DNA of 64,000 bases from Malacoraja senta (taxonomy: Eukaryota), in NCBI GenBank assembly GCA_038087875.1, contig CM075989.1, positions 21,950,001 to 22,014,000 on the forward strand, given 5' to 3'. Of the stretch, positions 10,605 to 22,440 are shown in pieces; the stretch's first letter is position 1, and each line of letters opens with the position of its first letter. The notes beneath the pieces were generated by a model that searched no databases, was not told the DNA's origin, and was given only the letters and a program-made list of their open reading frames with translations. Made by a program: the position numbers and the translations under genes.

Positions 10605-10802
10605 TAACTTCAGCATTATGTGTCTATCTTCGATTTAAACCTGCATCTGCAGTTCCTTCCGACACATTCTCTCAACTCTTGTTCCAGATGCGAATGAGCT
10701 TTGTACGACAACTTGCTGGCACCAGTTTTGGATGTTTTACAGTCAGTACAAAGAGTCATAGTCATGGAGTCACATGGCCTACTCCCTCACCTATTGTCTA
10801 TT

Positions 10803-11177
10803 GAGTCATACAGCATGGAAACAGGTCCTTCAGCCCAACTTGTTCCATGTCGACCAAGATGCCCCCATCTACGGTAGGCCCATCTGCCTGTGTTTGGCCC
10901 ATATCACTCACTCATAACCTTTTCCATTCATGTAACTGTCCAAATGTTGTTATAATACCTGCCTCAACTACTTCCTGTGGCAGCTCATTTACAGATGCCT
11001 AGTAAATATTTCCCCTCTCACCTCAAACCTGTGTGTCTGGTTCTTAGTTCCCCAATCTCTGGGGTAAAAGACTCCGTGCATTCATCCCTATATCCCTCAT
11101 GATGTTATAGTCCTCTGTAAGATTACCGACACCATCCTACACACTAGGGACAATTGGCAATCTTTACCGAAGCCAAT
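10803..11177 (-). mobile_element. CR1 3' fragment plus SINE piece (inverted counterpart of 5780-6190)
   Basis: Shares the SINE/CR1 junction GTAAGATTACCGACACCAT and long identical blocks with 5780-6190. Confidence 0.8.
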
Positions 11178-11803
11178 TCAAGCAGGCGGGACTAGTGTAG
11201 ATGAGACATGTTGGTCGGTGTGGGTAGGATGTGCCGAAGGGCCTGTTTCCACTCTGTATCACTCTATGACTCTAAATGCTTTCCCCTGCAATGCCATACC
11301 AGGCAATATCTCAGGGAGCCACACCTTACACAGACATATATCTTACAGGAGCAAAGTCCGACTTTCCCGCTTCTGAAAATTACACGTGTTACCTGATTTA
11401 TCTGATGTAGATGCTACAGATTTAATTCTAAATTTTTTTTTTTACTCATTCCTTGACTCATTCTGGGGCCTTGCTGGTAACGGCCAGTATTAATCGGCCA
11501 TCCTTGATTATTTATGAAAAGTTGGTGGTGAAGTTTAGTTCAATAGGAACTAAAAACCACTGCCGATTCACAAACAGAACTTTTCATCCAACTGAGTATT
11601 TAATTACCAACTTGAAGGTCGCAAGGTCAAATTCCAGAACAGTCTGACACTCAAATGCATTTGTACCAGTGGGTTAAACTCTTTAAATTTAATTGTCGGT
11701 GAAAGCTGCAGTAGAAGAAATAAGAATATAGTTTAATTATTTCGATAAAGAAGGAACTTGCCATTCATCTAGCAACTTGCACTTCAAAGTACATAACGGC
11801 TAT

Positions 11804-12545
11804 GGAGCAGCACGATGGCACAGCGGTAGAGTTGCTGCCTTACAGCGCCAGAGACCCGGGTTCAATCCCGACTACGGGTGGCTTGTCTGTAAGGAGTTTG
11901 CACGGGTCTCCCCGTGACCTGCGTGGGGTTTTCTCCGAGATCTTTGGAAGATCTGTGGTTTCCCCCCACACTCCAAAGATGTAGTTTGTAGTTATTGGCT
12001 TGGTATAAGTGTATATTGTCCCTAGTGCGTGCAGGCTTGTGTTAATGTGTGGGTATCGCTGGTCGGTGCGGACTCGGTGGGCACAGAGTTTGTACATTCT
12101 CCCCGTGACCTGGGTGGTTTTCATTAATTCATAAGTTCCGGGAGAAGAATAGGCCACTCGGCCCATCAAGTCTACTCCGCCATTCTATCATGGCGGATCC
12201 TATCTTTTCCTCTCAACCTCTCCAACCCCATTCTCCCGCCTTCTCCCCATAACCCTGTCACACCCGTACTAATCAAGCATCTCTCAAACTCGGTCTTTAA
12301 AATATCCATTGACTTGGCCTCCACAGCCTTCTGTGGCAGTTTTTTGCCAGGGGCTCTGGTTTCCTCCCACACTTTAAAGACGTACAGGTTTGTGGGTTAA
12401 TTGGCTTTGGTAAAGATTGTAAATTGACCCTATTGTGTAGGATAGTGCTGGCGTAACAGGGATCGCTGGTCGGCACGGACTCGGGCGGGCAGGGACGAAG
12501 GGCCTGATTCTGCCGTGTATCTCAAAATTAAACTGAATTAAATTT
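11804..12545 (+). mobile_element. Two tandem HE1-like V-SINEs, the second interrupted by a minus-strand CR1 tail (about 12125-12340)
   Basis: Full SINE 11804-12083, then a headless SINE split by CR1 3' sequence. Confidence 0.85.
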
Positions 12546-13527
12546 TCCAATAATGCAAACGAGGCTGTCTTAGGATGTCTCCCCTCAGCCGGCCCACATG
12601 CCAGACCTTGTCCAGCGATGTAGCCCACTCTGCCAGTGCACACACCCAGCAGAATCTACATCTTTCAAATCCTTCAGTGCGTGACCCAGCCGGGTCAGGG
12701 TGGATTGAAGCATCACACAGACGGACATCTGAACTGCCTTTAATGGAATAAATCAGTTTGGATTCACCGCATTATTCAGCTTTCTGGTCTTCATGGGCGG
12801 CAGTGGCGTGACACATGGTGAGGATGGGAAACACTGCTCTGACAGGGTTGAAATAAATGCAATAGTTCCCTGCCCTTTAGGTCTTGATTGCAATGCAGTT
12901 GCATTACAATATACACTTTATATTTTTACTCTGTTGCAACCTGTTAAAAAAAATACTTCATCTAACTTCACTTTGGACCGTGTAAGGAGCTCCCACCGCA
13001 AGGCTGAGTCCGCGCGACTCGCAGGAAGTGAATCTCTGACCTTTGCCCCCGCAGGGATGCCTATTTCCTCAGGACTGGGGTCAGGAGGAAGGGGGCAGCC
13101 ATCCCATTGTACCAAGTAGTCTCCTCCTTGCCAGTGTTTACAATTCCACCAGCTTCGGCCCCGAGCAGATCAGAGGTCCGGGATGGGAATGCTAAATGAG
13201 ATGCAGTGGAATGCTCCCCGGCTTCCTGGCTCAGCATCCTCACCTTGCCCGAGCCCCCCGGACACCGCGATTGTCAAGAGGTTGCTGGTGGTGGAACATG
13301 TGTCAACCTCCTCCCAGCGTCGGGTCACAGGAGGGGAAGCCTCACAATAAGCTGAAGAGCAGCTTTCAACGTCGAAAAAAAAAAAAAAAAAGACATTGCC
13401 GGCTTCAAGTGACCTGATGACATTTGGGTCTTAGGGTCACTTGACTGTCCATCTCCGCACTCAGCCTGAAGCCCCAGTGACAGGGAAGATTGAGGGCTGA
13501 GGGCCAGTTCCTACGCTGTACCATGCA

Positions 13528-13772
13528 GTAAGGATCTGCAGATGCTGGTTTACACCCAAGATAGACTCAAATTGGCTGGAGTCACTCAGCGGACGGGCAG
13601 CATCTCTGGAGAGAAGGAAATGGGCGACGTTTTGGGTTGCGACCTTCTTCAGACTGAGGGTCAGGGGAGAGGGAAACAAAGAAGGGTAAGGAGTGAAAAT
13701 GAGAGATCGATGGGGACGAAGGTCAAGGGAAAGTAGAATAGATCGTTGTTAGCTGGGGAAAGGTGACAAAGA
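13528..13772 (-). mobile_element. Penelope 3' terminus with hammerhead region
   Basis: Reverse complement of ...TCAGTCTGAAGAAGGTCGCAACCCAAAACGTCGCC...CCAGCATCTGCAG plus upstream pyrimidine-rich PLE sequence. Confidence 0.8.
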
Positions 13773-13849
13773 GGCATTGGAGGCCCAGGACAGAAAGGCC
13801 TCTGTGACAGGCAGCCGCGCAATCTTCACCTCCCATCCACATTGCTAAT

Positions 13850-14330
13850 GGAGTCATACAGCACAGAACAGGCCCATCGGCCCCACCCGCCCTTGCCGAC
13901 AAACATGCCCCATCCACATGAGTGGCCTGCATTTGGCCCGTATCACTCTAAATCTTTCCTATCCATGAACCCGTCTAAGTGTCTGTTAAATGCAGTATCT
14001 GGCTCAACTACCTCCTCTGGCAGCTCGTTCCGTATACCCACCACATTCTGTGTGGAAAATGTTCCCCTTAGATTCCTCTTAAACCTTGCACCTCTCACCT
14101 TACACATACTGTTTGTCTTCTGATTCTTGATTTCTCCCAACCTGGGTAAAAGACTATATGTATTCACCCTATCTAATACCCCTCATGATTCATCAACCTC
14201 TATAAGATGATCCCTCATCCTCCTACGCTCCAAGGAATAAAGTCCTATCCTGCCCAACTTCTCCCTGTAGCTTAGGCCCTCGAGTCGTGGCAACATCCCC
14301 GTAAATCTTCTCTGCACCCTTTTCACTTCC
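13850..14330 (-). mobile_element. CR1 (HER1-like) LINE 3' fragment
   Basis: Translation VQRRFTGMLPRLEGLSYREKLGRIGLYSLERRRMRDHLIEV. Confidence 0.9.
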
Positions 14331-14401
14331 CTTCCTCTACCCCATGCATTCTGCTGTGCAGGGTCCATTACCCTTTGTGTTTGGAGCGGTGTGGACAGGC
14401 T

Positions 14402-14714
14402 GGGCAGCACGGTGGCGCAGCGATAGAGTTGCTGCCTTACAGTGCCAGAGACCCCGGTTCGATCCTCACGCCGGTTGCCTGTCCGTATGGAGTTATACCT
14501 TCTCCCTGTGACCCGCGTGGGTTTTTCTCCAGGTGCTCCGGTTCCTTCCCACACTCCAAATATGCGCAGGTTTGTAGGTCAATTAGCGTGGTAAGGATTG
14601 TAAATTGTCCCTAGTGTGTAGGTGGTGCTCGTGTGCGGGGATCGCTGGTCGGCACGGACTCGGTGGGCCAAAGGGCCTGTTTCCATGCTGTATATCTAAA
14701 CCAAACTAAACTAA
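14402..14714 (+). mobile_element. HE1-like V-SINE
   Basis: Head, V-domain, tail. Confidence 0.9.
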
Positions 14715-16244
14715 AGGTGGGAACCTAGTGTGAGGCTGATTGTGTGTCGTATCCAAATGAATGGCTCCGATCCAGAAGAGACAACGGTAGATTATGTTTC
14801 CGACTTACTACTACTGCTTATCTTCAATAAATGTCCCTTCATCCAAACTGCATCTAAAAAGTCTTCAAATTATTCTTATTGTGTGTGTACCATGAAAAAT
14901 AAATGGAGGGATTTATTTCAGAACCGAGTTAGATGAGATGATCAACTGCATAAGCTTTGTACTTGTAATTTATAATATGGGAAATCCCACAATCTATTAC
15001 TGCCTTGAACCACACGGTTATTATTATCTCATATTCATAGTGACTCCTAAACTGAGTATGTTTCATAATATTGTCATTTGCCATTTATCAGTCAAATTTG
15101 AGGTAATATATCACCTAGAGTTATTTTTGGAATATTGTTTTGTTAATGTGGGTCTTAGTATATCATGGGAACTCTCAGTACAATACAGTCATTGGACATT
15201 TAACAAAGGAAGATAAATGATAAAGAATTAATCACTATCAATGTATGTGTTCTGTACATATTTATGGAATAATCAGTTAGTGGGATATTTTCTGGAATAT
15301 GTCTACTACTAACCAACAGTTATCTGCTTGATGTCAAATTTAAGTTGGAACAAACTGCAGAGGACAAGTTGGACGTCGAGGATATGTGCTTATTTTCATC
15401 CTCTAACCCAAAGGAGCATTTTTCACTAAGTCTCTGCTTTGCAACTTTGCTGATCAATTCACATAAAGACCTTCTTGCAAACGTCTCTTCCTTGCAGATG
15501 TCACAGCCACCGCCGAGGATTGGTGTCTGCTGTTCACGTGCCTCGGGTAACAAATGAAACTGTCACAGGTCTGTGTTCTCTCCGTGCTTTGACCTCCTCG
15601 TGATGTTTCCCAGCTCAAGGCTATTCGGGGATATGATTGTGGTTTGGTGTTGGGGCAGGGATGGGGGGTGGGGGAGTTCAGGTGCGGAGGTTGGTGCTCT
15701 TTTGTTTTGCAAGATGACTTTTGTTCTTCTGTTGATAATTCACTTGAAAATCTCTATCCAAATTTGAGAACACATCACTATTTGCCTCCAACAGTCATAA
15801 CGATCGCTTTTGAGGCGAGAATGCGAATATTAGAATAACTAGAATGGGAATATTATGAAAACAAAGATACAATACTTCTTATTGAACTAATGATATTAAA
15901 ATAGTTGTACCATGTACAATCATTTAAATGAACATATCTTTGAACTTGGAAAAAGGGCATGTGGTGAAAAATAGGACAACTCCACCATAATGTTTGAGAC
16001 TAATACTGAATTGCTGTTAAATCACAAAGTACTTGAGCTAAAACACCAGGAGAAACACTCAAGCAAGATAACCAAGACCAATGCTAAACCAGTATATAAA
16101 CTGTCCATAAATACTTACGCTGTAGAACAATAACTAACTTCATATTCAGTAATAAGCTGAATATCTGCACAAGCTGTAGTTTTAACCAAGAAACCCTATC
16201 CCAATGTCACATGAGAATAGAAAATACCATTACACAGTTAAACT

Positions 16245-16400
16245 ATAATGTTTTATTCTTAATGTTTTAATGTTTTATGTTTTATTCTTAATGGTTTACT
16301 GTAGGTCGCGTTACTTGCGAGCGGAGCACCAAGGCAAATTCCTTGTATGTCTATATACTTGGCCAATCAATTTATTCATTATTATTCATTATTATTATTA
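16245..16400 (+). mobile_element. Rex1/Babar-type 3' UTR fragment
   Basis: GCACCAAGGCAAATTCCTTGTATGT...CTTGGCCAATCAA followed by a short-repeat tail. Confidence 0.55.
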
Positions 16401-17644
16401 ACAAGCTGGCTGTGTGCATCAACCTCAAGTTTTTAATCTTTTAAAAAACTGCACATGAAAAAGACAAAATGAGATTTATCAAATGTTAAAAAAATTCTCA
16501 TATTAATAATAATTTCAAAAACCTCAGAGGAAATTTGTTCAAGGAAACAAGAGAAAATGTGAATATTCCCGAGCTGTACAGAGGGAGGGTGTGATGGTCA
16601 GCGTCAAAAATAGACACAATTGCTATTTACGTTTTTTGACGGACGCTCAGAGAGAAAGAGAATTGGTCTCCTACATTCGCCCATAACAACCTTTGGCTTT
16701 CCACGAGCATGTCTCAGTGTGGGACCAACGCACTATTTATCACTGGAGCTTCCCCGGATTTGACAATCGCTGGATGTTCTGACATTGTAATTGAGCCTGG
16801 TTGTCTTTTCTAGGACACCAGAAGATCTAACTCAGTCAAGGCACCTCACTTCTGCTCGAGATCTCTATAAATGATCTATCAGTTAAAGACGCAGACTGAG
16901 TAATCAATCAGTGCAGAAATACTGAAGCCTTCGCATGTATCATCTAGGGCACTGTTCCTTTCGACTTCCACTGCCCAGCACATTGGCAATTCAGGCAGCA
17001 TCAGAACATTGATACAAATGTTGACTTTTATGAGATTCCAGACTAGTACGTAAGGCCCAACAGTCAGAAAACTGATATTAATATTTAGCAGAATAACCAA
17101 TAGAGACATAGGCCCAGTTAAAAATTAACTGAAACATATAAAGATATGTATTACAGGTTTCAGCTTCTGCGATCCTTTCTATGAGTAAGCACCTATTGGG
17201 AAATAAAAAGGAAATCAATTTGAATTGAGTTACAGAAACAAAATTTTTAGAAGATAATTCAGATCAATTATTGCGCACGTACTCATTCTCTGTCAGTTCG
17301 AATTTTCTTCCACTAGAACCTGGATCTAGCTGTCTAATCTTTGATAAACAGGAGTTAGATTGCTTGGCTTTTCTGTGTTCCCCAGAGTTAACACTCCTGA
17401 TACAGATCAATTAAGCTTTATTTAAAAAGAAAATAGATTTTAAAAGGAATCTGATATCGTGCGTTGAAAGTTCAGCATCGGAAATAGAACGACGTTTACG
17501 CTGTCAGGCTTATGACTGTCAGAAAGCCAAAGGCTTCTGATTGCAGTCATCAACCAGAACTGTATGTTACCTGGAGAAACGGTGAAGGGCTTTGTGTTTA
17601 TATAGAAGCATGTGAACTGCAGTTGCTGGTTTCCCTTTTACTCT

Positions 17645-17752
17645 TTCACGCGATCACGGGGAGAACGTACAAACTCCATACAGACAGGAGTCGTAGTCAG
17701 GTCTAACCAGGGACCCTGGTGCTTTGAGGCAGCAACTCTACCGCTGCGCCAC
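17645..17752 (-). mobile_element. V-SINE 5' fragment
   Basis: Reverse complement of the SINE head. Confidence 0.8.
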
Positions 17753-17973
17753 TCGGAAAACTCTTTCATTTGGTGGAGAATTCCACATTCCATATTCTTT
17801 TCATTCTGTGGATTTTTTGGAAAACGTAATCATTTTTTGGATTCACTAATGAGCATATTGAGGGTATCACACATAATTCTAAATAAGTCAAGCCCAATCT
17901 GAAAACCATAATGTGAACATCCTACATTTACAGTCAAATTCATAATTCTCAGAGCAAAAAGCTTCTCTCCATT

Positions 17974-18287
17974 GGGCAGCACGGTGGCGCAGCGGTAGAG
18001 TTGCTGCCTTACAGCGCCAGAGACCCGGGTTCGATCCTGACTACGGATGCTGTCTGTACAGAGTTTGTACGTTCTCCCCGTGACCTGCGTGGGTTTTCTC
18101 CGGGTATCTCCGGTTTCCTCCCACACGCCAAAGACGTACAGGATTGTAGGTTAATTGGTAAAAATATTAATTGTCCCTAATGTGTGTAGGATAGCGTTAA
18201 TGTGTGGGGATCGCTGGTCTACGCGGACTCGGTGGGACGAAGGACCTGTTTCCGCACTGTACCTCCTAGCTACACTAAACTAAACTG
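17974..18287 (+). mobile_element. HE1-like V-SINE (near consensus)
   Basis: A box GGTGGCGCAGCGGTAG, B box GGTTCGATCC, V-domain, tail. Confidence 0.92.
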
Positions 18288-18356
18288 AAAATTAATAAGG
18301 GTCAATTCCATGGTTCGACAGTCGCAATGGGGAATACGAGTCACAGGGATCATCTT

Positions 18357-18640
18357 GGGCGGCACGGTGGCGCAGCGGTAGAGTTGCTGCCCCAGAGCGC
18401 CAGAGACCCCGGTTCGATCCTGACTACGGGTGCTGTGTGCAGAGTTTGCAAGTTCTCCTCGTGGCCTGTGTGGGTTTTCTCCTGGTGCTCCGGTTTTCTC
18501 CCACACTCGATGGAAGTACAGGTTTGTAGGTTAATTGGCTTGGTAAAAATTGTAAATTGTCCCTTGTGTGTGTATGATAGTGTAAATGTTTGCTGGTCAG
18601 CACGGACTCGCTGGGCCTGTTTCCGTGCTGTATTTCTAAA
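18357..18640 (+). mobile_element. HE1-like V-SINE
   Basis: Head, V-domain, tail. Confidence 0.9.
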
Positions 18641-19587
18641 GTCTAATGATTGTATCCTTGGCAAATACTGATTGCCTCCCTTGACCTTGTGTCTTTTAAC
18701 ATGGATGAAATACTCCAGCCTGCTTCACTATGCCGCATGGCACAAGATTCCCCCCCGGATCGGGGAACCATAACAAAATATTGTTATTTCAAAGACCACG
18801 ATATTCCCAGTAGATTGGGCAATGTGTGAATTTGACCTCGCCAAATGTCTGTTGATTAACTCCTTCATAAAGGATTTAGTTTGATATTTGATTAAGAAAA
18901 CCCAAAGGTCACCTGTGTATGTACAAACGCAAATGATCCCCAAAAGAAATACTGGTAGACAATGAAATCTGTACCCTGCAGAACATAATTGGTGATAGCT
19001 GAATAAATAGGGTAGATCGATATCTTGCAGTTTCGAATGATGACCTTGGAAGCTGAAGGAAAATTTCACCCAACTTCATTATCTCATTTTACCTGTAGTT
19101 AGTTTTTTGGCTTTGGAGATCAAATACCTCGGCCAGAATCCAAACTTTGTGCAATCAGTGGAAGGAATATGTTTAATGAGCCAATTAACCTTTTCTTGTC
19201 CTGTACCTGCCTCTGATCCTTCTGTGGAATACCTCATTTCCTTTGATCTTACATCGAGATGCAGAGATGAGTTCTGGCAAACCTCATCCAAATTAGATCG
19301 GTAGATCACAGCGACCGATCTTTCATGGAACAACAGCCTCCTTGTAAAGAGAGAGGAATTTGCAAATTGCTGACCATAGTTACCCACCACATTTGTTTAC
19401 ATCTCGCTTGTAATGTATTGATGGTATTGTCAACCTTCCGTAGCACACTTTTGTGTTATCAGATGAGTGCAAAATGTCATGAAGGTTGCAAAGTTTTGTT
19501 TTATTTTGTGATGGCTTAATCTGACTTTGCTTCCTTTAAAATATTGCACAAACATATCCGGAAGAAGCCGAATAATTCCTGCAGCGA

Positions 19588-19848
19588 AAGAGAGAGGGGC
19601 GGAGAGGGAGGGAGGGAGGGAGGGAGGGAGGGAGAGGGAGAGGGAGAGGTGGAGGGAGGGAGAGGGAGGGAGAGAGGAAGGGAGAGAGGGAGGGAGAGAT
19701 GGAGGGAGGGAGGGAGAGAGGGAGGGATATGGGGAGAGGGGAGGGAGGGATGGGTAGTGGGAGAGAGGGAGGGAGGCAGATGGGGAGAGGAGATGGGGGT
19801 AGAGGGAGACAGGGAGGGAGAGGGAGGGAGGGAGGGAGACAGGGAGAC
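19588..19848. repeat. Polypurine (GGGA/GA)-rich low-complexity tract
   Basis: About 260 bp, almost only G and A on the plus strand. Confidence 0.95.
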
Positions 19849-20585
19849 AATAGCCATGGAAGTAATATACAGTTTAGTGTCCAGGACTATCTGCTATTAA
19901 GAAATGACATCATCTAGAGGCAGGACGTCATGCAGGTGTGATTTACATGGAAATATCAGAGGGCATAAATGTCTCTGGCTTTTGAGGCTGGGTATTAGGC
20001 AGTCCAACAAGCCATTTATAAACCTCCAATGTTAATGGGCGAAACTATTAAATGGTTAAGGCTGAAGACTCATGCTTGAGCAGCTGTGCTGATAAGTGAT
20101 TAAAAAGGAGTAAAGCATTGCCAACTGGTTTTCATTACGGTGATAAAATGGTTCTCTTTTCACTTGAAACGGTTTACTAGCCAGTTCATTACTGGGGTGC
20201 CTGTGTGTTTTACTCCATCACAGGCAATTTGACCTAACATAAAAGGCTGAAAGGACTATGGACGGGCCTTAATCAAATGCTAATTGTAAGATATACTGGG
20301 GAGTATTAACACCCTGAGTGTAGGGTTGTGCCTGTTATGGATCATATCTATTATGGCATAAACCAGACACAAACATTAAATACAACCGTCGATAGTGAAA
20401 GCTCTGCCTGACTGTAGAGGGGGACTGTGGTTAAATGAGCACACTGGCTTCCTGCAATGTTGAAGAGGTGTTGCATTACACAAGCAGATATGTGAAGAAC
20501 GATCAGTGGGAAACCTGCACCAGTTACTTGGTGTGTGTCGGGTTCACAGCTATTGGTACGAAGCAATCTGTTTCAGAGTGGGGTT

Positions 20586-20870
20586 CCAGCACAGGGGCGC
20601 TGCTGGTAGAGCTGCCGCCTCTTAGCAGCGGAGACCTGGCTTCGACCCTGGAATCCTGATCCCGGGCGCTGTCCGTGTGGAGTCCGCACGTTCTCCCTGG
20701 GACCGCGTGGGTTTCCTCCAGCTGCTCCGGGTTCATCTCGCCTCCCAAAGACGTGCAGGTTTAATTAGCCTCTGTGAAATGCCCCCCGTGTGCAAGGAAT
20801 GGAAAAGCAAGTGGGATAAAGCAGAACTTATGCGATCAGGTGATCAGCGGTCAGTGTGGACTTGGTGAGC
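20586..20870 (+). mobile_element. V-SINE, divergent subfamily
   Basis: Degenerate head and V-domain GGGTTTCCTCCAGCTGCTCCGG. Confidence 0.8.
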
Positions 20871-20889
20871 ACACAGCAGTGGTTGATTA

Positions 20890-21220
20890 GTGTGAGGGGG
20901 ATATCGCCGTGAGGGACGGTGGGAGAACAAAGGGGGACCCGGTGTGGCGGGGGGGGTGGCGGGGGGGGGGGGGGGGGGGCTCTCTAGTTTAGAATCCTCT
21001 GCCCAGTGGATAAGCCTGCATTTTTCGTTGTTTGTTTATTTGTTCGTTCCGGTGAAGGCGCTGTGCACGCGGCAGCCAGCCAACACTCGCTTGTCTTTTA
21101 TTTTTTGTGTCACTTTTAATTTAATTTTAATTTCAAGTTTTCGTGTGCCTTGTGTGTTGTGACTGTTGGCGGACCAAATTTCTCTCCAGGGATGTATAAA
21201 GTTCTACCATATCGTATCGT
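20890..21220 (+). mobile_element. GC-rich retroposon with Rex1-type tail (5' truncated copy of 2608-3223)
   Basis: Shares CTCTAGTTTAGAATCCTCT...GATAAGCCTGCAT...GTGACTGTTGGCGGA...(ATCGT)n. Confidence 0.8.
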
Positions 21221-21477
21221 GGGCCCAAGGGCATGTCACCAGGCTGTGTCTCTAAACTTAACTAAATTAAACTACACTTCATAATTAGATTACTTTTCCC
21301 CCATAAATAATGTGCAATCGTACAATGTTAGAATAATTTACCACTGGTCATTTAAAAATCCCACTGTTGCTAATGTCTGGTCAAACTAAGGTCTGGTCAA
21401 ACTGAGCTGGCTAATGGAGAGAGTCCAAATCCTGCAGCCTTATCATATCCAGTCAAGAATGGTTGCAGCTAATCTAC

Positions 21478-21935
21478 ACCAGGCCGCCAGCATAATCAAG
21501 GACCAGTCTCACTCCCTCTTCTCCCCTCACCCATCAGGCAAGAGTTATACAAGTTTGACAACATACCACCAGATTCAGGGACAGTTTCTTCCCAGCTGTT
21601 ATCAAGCAACGAAACCATCCTTTCACCAACTAGAGTGCAGTCTTGACCTCTCATCTACCTAATTGGAGACCTTTGATCTATTTTTAATTAGACATTATCC
21701 AATGTTATATCTTGTATCCTTTATCCTTTATCTGTGTATTGTGGACTTCTTGATTATGTTCACATATAGTCTTTCCGCTGAAGATAGACACAAAATGCTG
21801 GAGTAACTCAGCCTTTCTGGACAGACAGGCAGCATCTCTGGATAGAAGAAATGGCTGACATTTCGGGTCGAGATCTTTCTTCAGACCTTTCCGCTGATTG
21901 GATAGCACGCAAACAAATGCTCTTCACTGTACTTC
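21478..21935 (+). mobile_element. Rex1 LINE 3' fragment
   Basis: AASIIKDQSHSLFSPHPSGK-type ORF end and RFRDSFFPAVI motif, then Rex1 tail. Contains a PLE insert. Confidence 0.85.
21782..21886 (-). mobile_element. Short hammerhead/PLE-terminus insertion
   Basis: 11-bp TSD CTTTCCGCTGA at 21771-21781 and 21887-21897. Begins GTCTGAAGAAAG on the minus strand. Confidence 0.88.
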
Positions 21936-21978
21936 AGAAACATCCTATCACATCTAGAGAGCAGCAATACTTTGGTTA

Positions 21979-22138
21979 AAAGACGCAATTTGCTGGTGTA
22001 ACTCAGTGGGTCAGGCAGCATCTCTGGAAACGATAGGGAGAGGTGAAAAAATTCTTCAAGTTAGGCATACCTTGAGGAAATTTCGCAGTGGAGCTCTAAA
22101 ATGTAGACATAAGGAACTGTAGATGCTGGTTGAATAAA
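21979..22138 (-). mobile_element. Circularly permuted Penelope-derived insertion
   Basis: 13-bp TSD AATACTTTGGTTA at 21966-21978 and 22139-22151. Same permuted order as 9664-10234. Confidence 0.78.
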
Positions 22139-22159
22139 AATACTTTGGTTACTTTTCTT

Positions 22160-22440
22160 TGTTTAGCGATACATCGTGGAAACGGGCCCTTCGTTCCAGC
22201 AAGTCCATACCGACCATGGATCGCTGTTCACACTAGTTCTACAATATCAAACTTTCTCATCCACTCCCACCAGTGGCCTATTAACTCACAAACCCACACG
22301 TCTTTGGAATGTGGGAAGAAACCGGAGCACCCAGCGGAAACCCACGTGCAAACTCCACACAGACAGCACCCGAGGACAGGTTCGGACCCGGTCACTGATG
22401 CTGTGAGGCAGCAGCTCCACCTGCTGCGCCACTGTGCCGC
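22160..22440 (-). mobile_element. V-SINE, divergent subfamily
   Basis: Reverse complement of head, V-domain and tail. Confidence 0.85.

Noticed and set aside
19516..19917. Pro/Ser-rich or Gly/Glu/Arg-rich ORFs
   Set aside because: Translations of a low-complexity purine tract
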